Part shown: piece after piece, positions 52,516 to 63,447 of the stretch
How the letters are laid out: the number at the start of each line of letters is the position of its first letter
How positions within the stretch are numbered: position 1 is the first letter of the stretch
NCBI GenBank assembly: GCA_051362555.1
Contig: CM120645.1
Span: 10,292,001-10,356,000 of the forward strand
Direction of reading: 5' to 3'
DNA from: Lingula anatina
Lineage: Eukaryota; Animalia; Brachiopoda
DNA length: 64,000 bases
Position numbers and translations under genes: made by a program
Notes under the pieces: model-generated
What the model was told of the DNA's origin: nothing
The model's database searches: none
Seen by the model: only the letters and a program-made list of their open reading frames with translations

Positions 52516-53880
52516 ATGGCATTAACACATAAAAGGTTTACAATCTTTATACACGGACTAAAAACACTGCCAAATATTGTCGATTGCCTCTGTATTTACG
52601 ACGCAAATATGGACTCGATCAACCACAATGCGGACAAAAGAAATTTATACATCGATCGATTTTATGAGAGAAACGACAACGTAAGCTGGGGATCCAACAC
52701 ACACAGTCTCAATAACAAATCGAAGAGGCAGCTGACAGTAGGCCGTGTGTTTGACGACACATATCAGTCACTATCCCCCCGGAGACATGGACGGGAGAGT
52801 TACCAAGACTACTCCCAAAGGTACAAACACGTGAATTATAACCTGCCGACGAAAGTCAGAAATCTTTACGAACTCCGCCAACTCCGTGGACGCCCGATAA
52901 GATGCCCATACGGCAAGGATTCCCTCACCACTGATTTTGCCGTAACGCCGGACACACAGTTCACTGGTGGTAGTGACGGCGGTGGTGGTGGGCGTGACAC
53001 GTACGAGACGCCTTGGCGCCTTAAGGCCCATAAGGCAGGTGAGAGTAGTAAAGCCTTGATGGCCCGGGGTGCCCACACACACAGCTATGCTGAGACAGAG
53101 AAAACGCCAGCCGAGTCTTCTTCGTCCAGTCGACCGAGAAACGTGGATAAATCTCAACTGAACCAACTCTCGTACAGCACGGCTGGCGTAGGTCAACACG
53201 GCGGCCCACCCATGTGGCTATATCGCAGCCGAACGGACGTGGATTTGACCGAATGGACGCAGCCGCCTACCCTCCCTCCTCTTCCCAGCTCCGACTTCAG
53301 TTTCCACGGTGACCACACTAATGTAAACGGTGGACATGGTTTTTATTCTCACGTGGGAAGAAGCGCTCAATCCACGGCTAACTCATGGCCGAAAATGAAC
53401 ATGACGCGACGGCAAAGCTCAATCCTCGGTGAAAACACCTATAGCCATTCCACCCCCATCTCCCAGAGGATATACCTAGAACAGCCTTTTTTCGATACGC
53501 ATCGGAAATCCATAGTAACTGAGATTTCCGATTCTTCCGCTAGAGGGAGCGGTGGCTCGGATCCCTTACGCCTCCCGCCAGTCGGCAGGTCGATAATCAT
53601 GGAAAACGAACTGGATCAGTATCTGAAGTTTTTACACAAACAGAAAGGGAGAGACTGTACCTTCAGTAGCCTCCAGCACAGGAGCTTCGAGGGGCCTAAC
53701 AGAGGGGGGCCCATTAACAGGCCCCACAGCCCAAACCTGAGAAACGACCTGGCGAGGAAAAGACACATTATGGACAGCAAGTTGCCGAAGTTACCCACCT
53801 CTGTTTCGGCTTTCGACTTCCAGCGGGGAAAGACGTATGAAATGCAAAAGCAAATGAGGCTGCGTTTAAATAAAAAGTAA
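52516..53880 (+). CDS. Single-exon uncharacterised protein (454 aa, or 423 aa from ATG 52609); Ser/Arg/Gly/Pro-rich, probably largely disordered
   Basis: 1365-nt open frame with clearly higher GC than its AT-rich flanks, and AATAAA at ~53910. No domain recognised. Confidence 0.75.
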   Translation: MALTHKRFTIFIHGLKTLPNIVDCLCIYDANMDSINHNADKRNLYIDRFYERNDNVSWGSNTHSLNNKSKRQLTVGRVFDDTYQSLSPRRHGRESYQDYSQRYKHVNYNLPTKVRNLYELRQLRGRPIRCPYGKDSLTTDFAVTPDTQFTGGSDGGGGGRDTYETPWRLKAHKAGESSKALMARGAHTHSYAETEKTPAESSSSSRPRNVDKSQLNQLSYSTAGVGQHGGPPMWLYRSRTDVDLTEWTQPPTLPPLPSSDFSFHGDHTNVNGGHGFYSHVGRSAQSTANSWPKMNMTRRQSSILGENTYSHSTPISQRIYLEQPFFDTHRKSIVTEISDSSARGSGGSDPLRLPPVGRSIIMENELDQYLKFLHKQKGRDCTFSSLQHRSFEGPNRGGPINRPHSPNLRNDLARKRHIMDSKLPKLPTSVSAFDFQRGKTYEMQKQMRLRLNKK

Positions 53881-54815
53881 GATTAGGTGTAAGCTGATGC
53901 CAGTTATTGAATAAAGTTGTGTTCAAAGTAAGTCCGTTAGCATGTAACCAGCCAGATTCAATATTTTAGAAGCGTTGGGATAATCACCATTTGTGTTAAG
54001 CTTTACTCCACTCCGCCTTGGTTTCATAATTTAATGTAGACTCCATAAAGTATATACATTGAATAAGCAGACTAAAAGGGAATCAAGCCTCAGGTGGATG
54101 CGTTAAGTAATGTACAGAACGTAAATGATGGAGGAGTGGTTAACTGGAGGTTGAACCATCATTACATTATAATTTTATTTATTTATTTATTGTTTTGCGT
54201 CACAGGGCATTTATAGCTGGTCATACTCCATGATTTATATTGTGCTCAATTACCCCGTTATCGATTCTGTTATTTTCCCGAATCAAATATTGTGCCATTT
54301 ATTTTCCCAAATCAAATATTGTGCCATTTATTATTTATGTATCACACTGAAAATCTTAAGGCACCTCGCGCATAATTTAGGCTAACTACTACACAGCTAT
54401 TACTATAGCTGCAATTAGATGGCTTAGCACATTCTGTGTTATGAACTCTTTGTATAAGTGTATCAGTAGTTTGTTCATGTTTTAAGCATCATAAGCTTAC
54501 AGGTGAGAAGTGTATAGCGTAACGATATCGTTTATCGTGTTACATTGTAAGAGCTGTGATATATATGTTACACGTAGTAAACACTCTAGCGGCCAACAAG
54601 AGAACTACATTAAAAGAACTACATTATTACTACATTAAAAGCAAGCGAGTGAGTGTCAAAGGGTGCAGAAACCGCAAAGTGATACGCACTCTACAGCAGA
54701 GATCGAAAAGTCAATAAAAGCGTCAAATTGATTACGGGAAATCGATTACACAATAGCCAAGTCGCATCCCTAATCCCTAATCAGGAATGTGTAAAATGCC
54801 TATCGTACACGTTAT

Positions 54816-54816
<1 letters not shown>

Positions 54817-54860
<44 letters not shown>
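54817..54860. repeat. Poly-A tract
   Basis: Direct reading. Confidence 0.9.
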
Positions 54861-54861
<1 letters not shown>

Positions 54862-56855
54862 CGGGATGGGAGGTGCTACTGATTTAAAGTTTTAAGTATG
54901 GCTGCACCTTACCAGGCGCTGTTGTGACGCTTACTCTTTTTCTAGTCAGTGCGTTAAGTATACTTCCTTACTGTTGTATCAGTTAACAAAATAGGTTAAT
55001 ATTGACTTTGTACGTGTTTATGTAAGACAACTTTTCTTCCAATTCAACACGCTCAGTCAGTACCAAATGGAAAGCATAATACATGAGGGCATAATATGAT
55101 TTGTAAGACGTTTCAACGCGACGGGAAGGACGCTCAATATGGTAGTTATGGTAGTTATTGTTATGTCTATAATTTAAAGAAATTATCTTTTATAAATATG
55201 TTACATTTAATATATGTATATTTGAAATAAGTGTTGGAAATAAAGCTTTTATGCGCCCCAGTTGACTGTATTTGTCCTTTTCTCTATTGAAATAAATCCG
55301 AACATGAAGCGTAGATGCAACAGTTTCGTATTAAAAAAATTACTCATATTCCTTAATTAAAAAAAATTAAAAGTAATAATTGTATATTTGATTTTTGTTT
55401 ATTTCCCTATCATTCTCACTACCGGTGTTTTGATTAATGTGATTAATCACAGTCACTATTTAAAATCTGAAATAAGTCAGACGAGTGTGCGAATTTAAAC
55501 ATGGTGATTAAATATGTGCACTGGGTCCTAGTTGTATGTAACAATAGCGAATTGCAAAGATTGCCTACTCGCTCCAAAATATTAGCAGGCATCAATACCG
55601 GCAGAGACTGTGGGTTCATGTATATTGTATCAATTTTTCAATCCACTTAAGATCTAAATTCTCAACAGCAGTTGATCGAACCGCCTTGAACATTATCGTC
55701 TTGACAGCGAGTGGCTCTGTTGTGTATGTGTATAAGCGTCCCACTACTATTCAGATGCATCGTCCCTGCTAGATGAATAATCAATCACGGGAGAGGGGAG
55801 TAGGGCCTACACTGGGTTACCCCTCCCCTTCACACCCGCCTTTGCTTCAAAAGCACCCCTATCCCCTTTCTCCCTCCCGAAATAACAGTAAGACAAGTGA
55901 AATGAGACAAAACCAAGATTTGCCATATTGTGTCCTAAGTGTCTACTGCTTTATTTTTATTATTTCACTCATAAATAAATAAACAGATAAATTGGTTTAT
56001 TAATGAACAAATAAATAGTATTATTGTGGACAGAAAAGGAAAGACACTGGGAAAACAGCTATATTATTATGAATTAAATTTAATTTATTTTCAACATGCA
56101 TGGTACGCGTGTACTAAAAGGGAGCTTTCATATGAACTAAAAAAGGCTGCATTTTTGCCTGTCTTTTTAGCAGAGCGGGAAAGTTTATCAGTCTGTGTCG
56201 TTTTTCTCCATCGTTTTTTTAACGACAAACTAAGACAGCATTATGCGGTTTTTCATCTTCCTCGTGCACGACAGCGTGATGTCGCTGAACGGATCTAAAA
56301 AGAGATTACAGGCAGGATTCAAGCTACTGTTGAAACCCGGACGTCCATTATCTAGGCCCCGCACCGTGGCGTGTACGCTCCCGTTGACCGCTGTTTGCCA
56401 GCCTACTAGCTCTCTTAATAATTTCAGATCCGTCTGTTTACGGAAGTAAAATGTTGGACTCAATTCGGAACTGCGTATTTTTTCCGGGTTCACGCTAAAC
56501 TCCGGCCTTAATAAACACCTGCAGGGATATAAACGTTATAACGCGGATGTGGTCCAGCTACTAATAGGCCCAGAAACTGTCGTTTGTCGCACTGGTGAAA
56601 TAATTTAAACTAAAGGTAGGATTTCGTTAAACTAATTGCAACTTTAAGGATTTTCCAACACACTTTTTTTAACGAAAATTTGTAACCGTTCAGCATAGCT
56701 GTATGGACGGATTTGTTCACATTTGAATTGACACAATGCATGAAGTTATGTGTTAGAATCTAGAGATGAATTCGAAATACCTCACGCTATATCTAGTTAA
56801 ATATATGCACTAGCATTTTCAAGCTTTAAGCATAGACTATGACATGACTTGCAAA

Positions 56856-56895
<40 letters not shown>

Positions 56896-58150
56896 AATAA
56901 ATTAAGAAGCACATACCTCTGCACTATTCAGGATAGGATACATTGCTCATAGAAACTTGAAATTCAAAAACAAAATCAATAAAATAAATGGATAAAGAAA
57001 TACGTACAGCTCTCCATTATTCAAACATTCAAGTGTCCCACTTACAACTTATCAGTCCGTCTATTTTCACAGCCCGGTATCCTTCAACTCTTATCAGACA
57101 CCTGTAGTGGTCTCCTTGCTGGACACCCGAGGTCAGTTTCATACCCCTTTGACACGCGCACTGTGACCTTTTTTTTTTTCAAAAAATACCAAATCAACAT
57201 AACTACTGCTGAGGCCTAGTATCGGATAAACGGAGTCCTGATAACTTGTGTCAACGATCATTGGGTTTTAGATTTAATATTTTAAGCATTATTTAATAGC
57301 CGCTTGGTTGTAAAAAAAAAAACTACTGCAGTCAGAGTCCTGATAATGCACAGGATGTTTTGTACTCGGGTGCAGAAAACAGTAAACAAACTACTGGTGC
57401 ATGGCGGATGCTATGTATAATGTGGACAGGTAACGATGTCACTGTATTATACACACGTCTTCTAGTGTTAACCGCTGAAGGCGCACAGCTTGCGTAGACC
57501 CTGTCTCATACGACTGCAGCTACAGCCTATACCCTCTGATGTCAGGGGAATCTAAAATAGCATACAATATTAAAGTATGTATTCATTTTGTGACAAAATA
57601 CAAGTGGACCCTGTCAGAGAGTAGTTACTGTATATCTGACTTAAAGTGGACTGAAGCCCTTCCTCGAAAATAGACTCGACCCACGTATTTAGCCTTATAT
57701 GAGGATCCCTTTGGGTATTTTATTTACCAGCTGTGAAAGCCAATGATTATTGCCCGAGGTGCGTGAAACCCTCATAATATTCAGCTTGATCCGTGAAGAA
57801 CCCCATTCCCTTGACTCGAGAATGCGGCTTTTCAACTCGTATTTCTTGTCTTTTGTATAGGTATGTAAGTCTTAATCGCTGTGCTTTGTAAATTGATGGT
57901 TTTATTTCCCGTGAGCTGTGATCCCCTCCCCCCCCCCCCCCCCCCACACACACAATGGGACCCTCTAACATTTGGCAGGCCGACCCTTACACCTACAAGT
58001 TGCCGAGCAACGTGTGGCTTCTCTGTCAATTAATCTACGGCGGCGCAGGGCTCGGCGGAGATCCTGTTTACTCATTGAGACAAAATTAGGTAATTATCCA
58101 CAGCGGCGACCGTGGCCCAGCCTTTATTTCCTGGTTCCGCAAGGGAGGAA

Positions 58151-58158
58151 TATATAAA
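58151..58158 (+). promoter_or_regulatory. TATA box of the lysozyme gene
   Basis: TATATAAA about 90 nt upstream of the signal-peptide ATG at 58246. Confidence 0.6.
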
Positions 58159-58245
58159 CCTTGACGATACTCAGGAGAATGGAGTGAGATATTGAGTGAC
58201 GCTAGAGAAGAGACCTGTTGAGAAGCCAAAGTACAGTAGGACACG

Positions 58246-61200
58246 ATGTTGCTGAAAAGATGTTCGTTCATTCTTCTAGCACTGTCGCTATACACAGCAG
58301 GTAAAGATACTTATGCTTTTAGCTGTATGGAGTTGGGGTTGGGGTTATTTTCAAAAGTGAACTCAAGATAATTATCTGAAGTTTCAAAAACACGGCTGAT
58401 AGGTTCAATGATTTAGAAAGGTAGAAATGTGAGAAAAACGCCATTTTGGAAAGCGTAGCATTAAAATCATTATCATGCCACCTCTTCGTTTTTTTCTAAA
58501 TTTATGAATATTACATAAATATGTTTTGACACAAAACTTCGCATAACAAACTGAACATTTGCTGCTTTTTATTCTTGCGGGTCACCAAACGTATCCTTTC
58601 TTTACCCTCTGATACACTGTGTCACATGGGCCTCTAGGATAGCCTGTTATAAAATTCAAGAATTTAACAATCTTGTAGCAGACTAGTGGCAAACCCTGTG
58701 GTCACAGAGTGCCCATTTTGGCAGACATAACTATTTTGCCATGGCACACGACTTTACACTGTAAAAGGAATTAAAAAATCAACGGTTTTCAAATTATTAT
58801 ATTGGAACAATCTAAGAAAGGAGCGGTCATTTGGCATCTACTGGAAACTTTTATACGTCAAAAGAACGAAAAATGATCAACGACATAGATCTCGGCCTCC
58901 GTATATCTCTAGGCACACGCTAACATCAGACTACGCAGGTACACATTACTTAACGCGCGTGAAAGTGTCTCGAAAGAAGAACAATGCCGGGCGAGGGCCA
59001 CGGGATGGAGTAAAGATTTAATTTGACAAAAACATTAAATTGTAAGCACCCCTTTGATTTATTTCTCAGCCTTGATTGCAGTAATGCTAGGAGCTAGTTG
59101 GAGGTCATAAATAAAATGACAATAGAGTATGTACATACACGACCAAGCACACTCATTCTACGTCGAGAAGCCAACAATGTACTTGTGAGCTGGCTTCACA
59201 GCCCCCCCCCCCCCCCCACACACACACACACACCCCGGGTTGCAGAGATGATCGGAAATTAACTCCCACTAACAGCTTACTTCTCTGACGTTTCCAGTAA
59301 CGTTCATTGCTTGTGTCTTGTTACTCCCCACCCGGATTATATCTAAATTCTCTTAATGACTCTTTATACTTGATTACATCATAAATCTCTGCTCAGTAAG
59401 CACACCTGATATTTCTGGGACCTGCGTTTAATCAAAAGATGTCCAGTTATCTATGTAAGCCCATGGGTGGAGAACTGGTATTTGCGATAGACTGGATTCA
59501 AATTTTGGGACTTGCAGAATAGAGTTAGATAGGAAGAGGGAAAGAAATGTCTGAGAAAACTAAAGACTCTTGCTGTTTTATTCCCTCTTTCATGTGCCTC
59601 AGTGACAAGTTTTTTTAATTCTGAACCCGGGTAGAGTCTAACGCCAACCCCTCATTGCAGAGCAATGCTGGTAGTCAGCAGCAATTTTCCCTACTGTAGA
59701 ACTGTATTGTAGAACTCTAAGAGAGCATTCACATCGAGAAGAGCCGAGGACTAGCCAGGCTGAGACCTAAATATGGCGGACCTACATGAAAGGTAGACCG
59801 CATAATCCTTTAATGGTCTCTCCACCTTTCTCACGGCTCCCCACGCGTCGTCCCTCGACCGGTTGAATTGAACCGAGATTTAATTAGTGTGCCCCGGCAG
59901 GGACGACGCGCGGGGAGGCGTGTGAGAGGAGGAGAAACAATTAAAGTATTACGCGGTTTTCCTTTCTTGTAGGTCCGCCATAGGTCTCGGCCTTGCTAGA
60001 CCTCGGCTCTTCTCTATGTGAATGCTCTCTAAAACTAGGGCCGGATTGATTTCCTCGGACTATGCCATGGCCTTATCATCATTTTGATCTAATGTGACCA
60101 TATTAAATATTCACTGTACAAAAACAGGAGTAGAAAGGTAAGAGTTGTATATTTGGTCGTTTGTCTTGTCATTTGCATCCAAATTTGGATACCGTGGACG
60201 GCGGATGACATTGTTATTATATTATCATACTCGAAGATTAAATACATGCAAAACTTAATTTGATTTGTTTGCTTGTTCGGAGTATTTAATGGTGGTGGAC
60301 TTTTTTCATGCTACGTACGGCTTGTGCTGGAAAAGTAAATGTTATAGTGTCAATATTTCCAATTATATGATTCATGTGTCGAAATATTAATCTATAAATT
60401 TATTTGTTTTTTTTTTCGGCAGACGTTTTAGGAAGAACGAGTAATCACGCTCGTATTTTGTGCACACGCAAGCGTCGAGACCTACAGGGCCTTAGCTTTC
60501 ATGAACGTCTGAAGCGCTGCTCAGGAGGCGGCGGCGGCGGCATTGAAACCATCACAGTGGTCGGTCAGCGAATCAGCGATCCGTTTGTGACTGTCATTAG
60601 GGGGGACGCCATCAGAGGATTTCTGGACAGTTTTGCTGGACAGGGGGTGATCACCCACGAAGGTGGATTTGGGGGTGGACCTAGCAACCAGCAGCAACAG
60701 GATAAAGACTGTCATGGGGACGTGGGTAAAGTCGACACCAAAGGAGCGTCTTCCAAAACAGCGGGTCAGGACGCCAATGCAAAAGGACTGACTGGCGTGG
60801 CGGCCTCGAACAAACTGGCGCAGAACGACCTCAACAGACTGAAGCAGTAAGTAAAAGTTTTTTAAAACAAACTGTGCAATTTAATCTTTTTATACATTAT
60901 TAAAAGTCAGACATAACCAACCTTCCAAATGTACTGGTAGTTACAGCATAAATTCAAACAAGATACATGTACAGTCAGTACTGCCCAAGGTAAATAGAAT
61001 ATTAATTTTTACATATTAACATTTCTGTCTCGGAATTTCCTGATCAAGCGAGATTTGGAGGAGAATTGGGTCAGAAATGATAAAAAAAGCTAGCGAGTGC
61101 AGCGCAAAGGAAAGAAAAAAAAAAACAAAAACAAACAAACAAACAAAAAAACAGCGTATATTCTTGTACGTTATGTAGTCTCGTATGACGTCACACAGTG

Positions 61201-61982
61201 CCGTCAGCCTCGTTGTAGGCTATCTAGTATGATAAAAAAGGAAGGATGAAATTTCTAAAAACAGGTATTTGAATAACAGAATTTTTCTTTTTCTTGGTGT
61301 TAAATTTAGAAACAATTTTCTTTTTAGATTTAAAGATCAGATCAACCAAGTGTCTAAAGAGACGGGAATGGATGCTGCCATCATTGCTGCCATCATCTCG
61401 CGAGAATCTCGTGGCGGTGCTGCTCTGGACTCCAATCACCATGGTGATAACGGGAACGGCTTTGGGTTGATGCAAATTGATAAAAGATTCCACACTACTC
61501 AGGGTGCTTGGAACAGTGCGGAACATATCAAACAAGGAGTGGGGATTTTAAAAGGAATGATCAGTGGCGTCCGAGATTGCCACCCCTCATGGAGTGACGA
61601 ACAAGTTCTGAAGGGGGGCATATCCGCCTACAACGCGGGTGTGCGTAATGTCCGAAATTACGACCGAATGGATGTGGGAACAACGGGAGATGACTACGCT
61701 AATGACGTCATCGCACGTGCTCAATACTTGAAGCAGAAAGGGTTCGATGACCCCAAGGATCAGAAGTGCCAAGGCGGCTCCAGGAGAAGGCGGGGCACCT
61801 GTCCTTACAGCTGGTTCAATCCCAATGAAACCAGACCGGTAACTTCAGGTTCGTCAGGGGGCGCTAGTAGCCGAGGCGGGTCCGGCTCAACAGGTGGCAG
61901 CAGCAGTCGAGGAAGCTCAAGTCGACACGAGCCAATCTTTACGCCAAGATGTGTGAGAGGGAGATGTACGCAGATCCCATAA
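58246..61982 (+). CDS. LYG: Secreted goose-type (g-type, GH23) lysozyme with long N- and C-terminal extensions, 377 aa (exons 58246-58300, 60423-60846, 61328-61982)
   Basis: Signal peptide MLLKRCSFILLALSLYTA(D)VLG across a phase-1 intron; phase-2 intron CA|gtaagt...ttttag|A. g-type motifs CHGDVGKVDTKGAS, GVAASNKLA, AIIAAIISRESRGG (catalytic Glu), GDNGNGFGLMQIDKR (two Asp), LKGGISAYNAG, MDVGTTGDDYANDVIARAQY. Confidence 0.93.
59721..60029. mobile_element. Foldback PIF/Harbinger-type MITE in lysozyme intron 1
   Basis: ~140-bp imperfect inverted arms (GAGAGCATTCACAT.GAGAAGAGCCGAGG / CCTCGGCTCTTCTCTATGTGAATGCTCTC) with TAA target duplication. Confidence 0.88.
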
Positions 61983-62264
61983 AAAATTCAAAACAAAATC
62001 TTAAGAATATCTGGTTGACAATATTAAGACACATACTTCCATTAAGTTTCCCTGTACATACATGTAGTATTAGAAGTTAGTGGATGTGTGCACTCCAAAC
62101 GTTTATTATGTCGAGGTCAGCACATCATATTTTGTATAATGTGAATAGAATATATTTGTTATATAAATAATCTTACTTAAAAGTCTTTTTAATTTTAAAA
62201 TTATACATATTTCCTCTGACATTGAACAAATACGGAATGAAGTTACAACTATGGGAATAATTAA

Positions 62265-62270
62265 AATAAA
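62265..62270 (+). terminator. Candidate polyadenylation signal for the lysozyme gene
   Basis: AATAAA ~280 nt after the stop codon, followed by T-rich sequence. Confidence 0.4.
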
Positions 62271-62515
62271 AAAGATTTATTAATTTCATTTCATATCTAC
62301 ATATTGTACTAGTTATTGAAGATCTCTGTAGTGGTAACATTGAAATATAAAACCCATTCTGACGACAAAGATGTATAGAAATAAAATATCATTACGGAAT
62401 GAACTGCCTACTAAATTATAATGCTAACACATCGACTGCTTAAAGTATATCGTCCGAGATAAGTTGATTTCTTAAGGGTGCCATATATATTGAAGGCGGT
62501 TATGCATTATGTGCG

Positions 62516-62746
62516 TACTGGACAATAGAATTGTCACCCCCTAAATCAGAGTAATCAAAGTTATTAACCTGAAGAGGCGGAATATAAGCAATGTCAGAAT
62601 ATCAATATTGTTGAATTGTTCAGTCAGAACCGTTTCTATTGTGAAATTTGATGTTAATAAAATGATACCAGGAGCACATCATTCCACAGTCATTTATCTC
62701 CCCCATAGTATTGGTTCAGTGGGGATGACACTTCTATTGTCGAGTA
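62516..62746. mobile_element. Tc1/mariner-type MITE, same family as 7995-8233
   Basis: TACTGGACAATAGAATTGTCACCCC / GGGGATGACACTTCTATTGTCGAGTA ends; shared internal TGATACCAGGAGCA.ATCATTCCACAGTCATTTA. Confidence 0.8.
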
Positions 62747-63447
62747 TGTGCATATCAAAATACAACATTAAACCAAATTGTGATGCCAAAGATATATAAA
62801 AAAAAACTCATTACGTGATCAATTACCTAACATTACTTAGAATACTATACAACATATGCTATTATACATGGTTGATAAAAGTTAAATCTTGAAACTATCT
62901 GTAGGTTGCTACATATTAACTGGGGTATATACATGTATATCGATATCGATATACAAAATCCAGCTACACGCATAATATATTTCTAAGGGTTCCAGTATTT
63001 CTGTTGTCTATTAAGAACTTCAATTGTGCATGTTCCATATATGGCACTGTGCTGGAGATACTAACAGATTGGGATGAAAGTCTAAAAACATTTCTATTGT
63101 AATTTTCCTTAAGTATACAGTGAAAAAAAAAACATTTAAACCTTTCAGCGTTTTATGCGTTTTCAATGTTTCAAAATATGTTCCGGTTTTACTAAATTAA
63201 AAGACAATATTTTGTGAAATACCGAAAAATATTACAAGACATGTTGAAAAGAAAACATTTCGCTATTGCTGAGAAGATTAAATAAATGTAAAATAAAATG
63301 TTCTCAGTGACATTGAACTGAAGGAACAAGTCAATTGGGTCTTTAAGGAGAGCACCATACAATTTAAAAATTTCATTCAAAGAAAAAATCCATTTAACCG
63401 TTCTGCGTTTAATTTGTGAACTTGAAAATATGCCTGGCTCTGCCAAA

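Noticed and set aside
61269-61327. N-terminus MNNRIFLFLGVKFRNNFLFR of the 237-aa lysozyme ORF, and MFFFSA of ORF 60404
   Set aside because: Intron sequence (polypyrimidine tract) read through upstream of the true splice acceptors.
58246-61982. Idea that the TonB-box lysozyme is bacterial contamination
   Set aside because: The gene has two phase-compatible GT-AG introns, a TATA box, furin-type sites and a host MITE in its intron.
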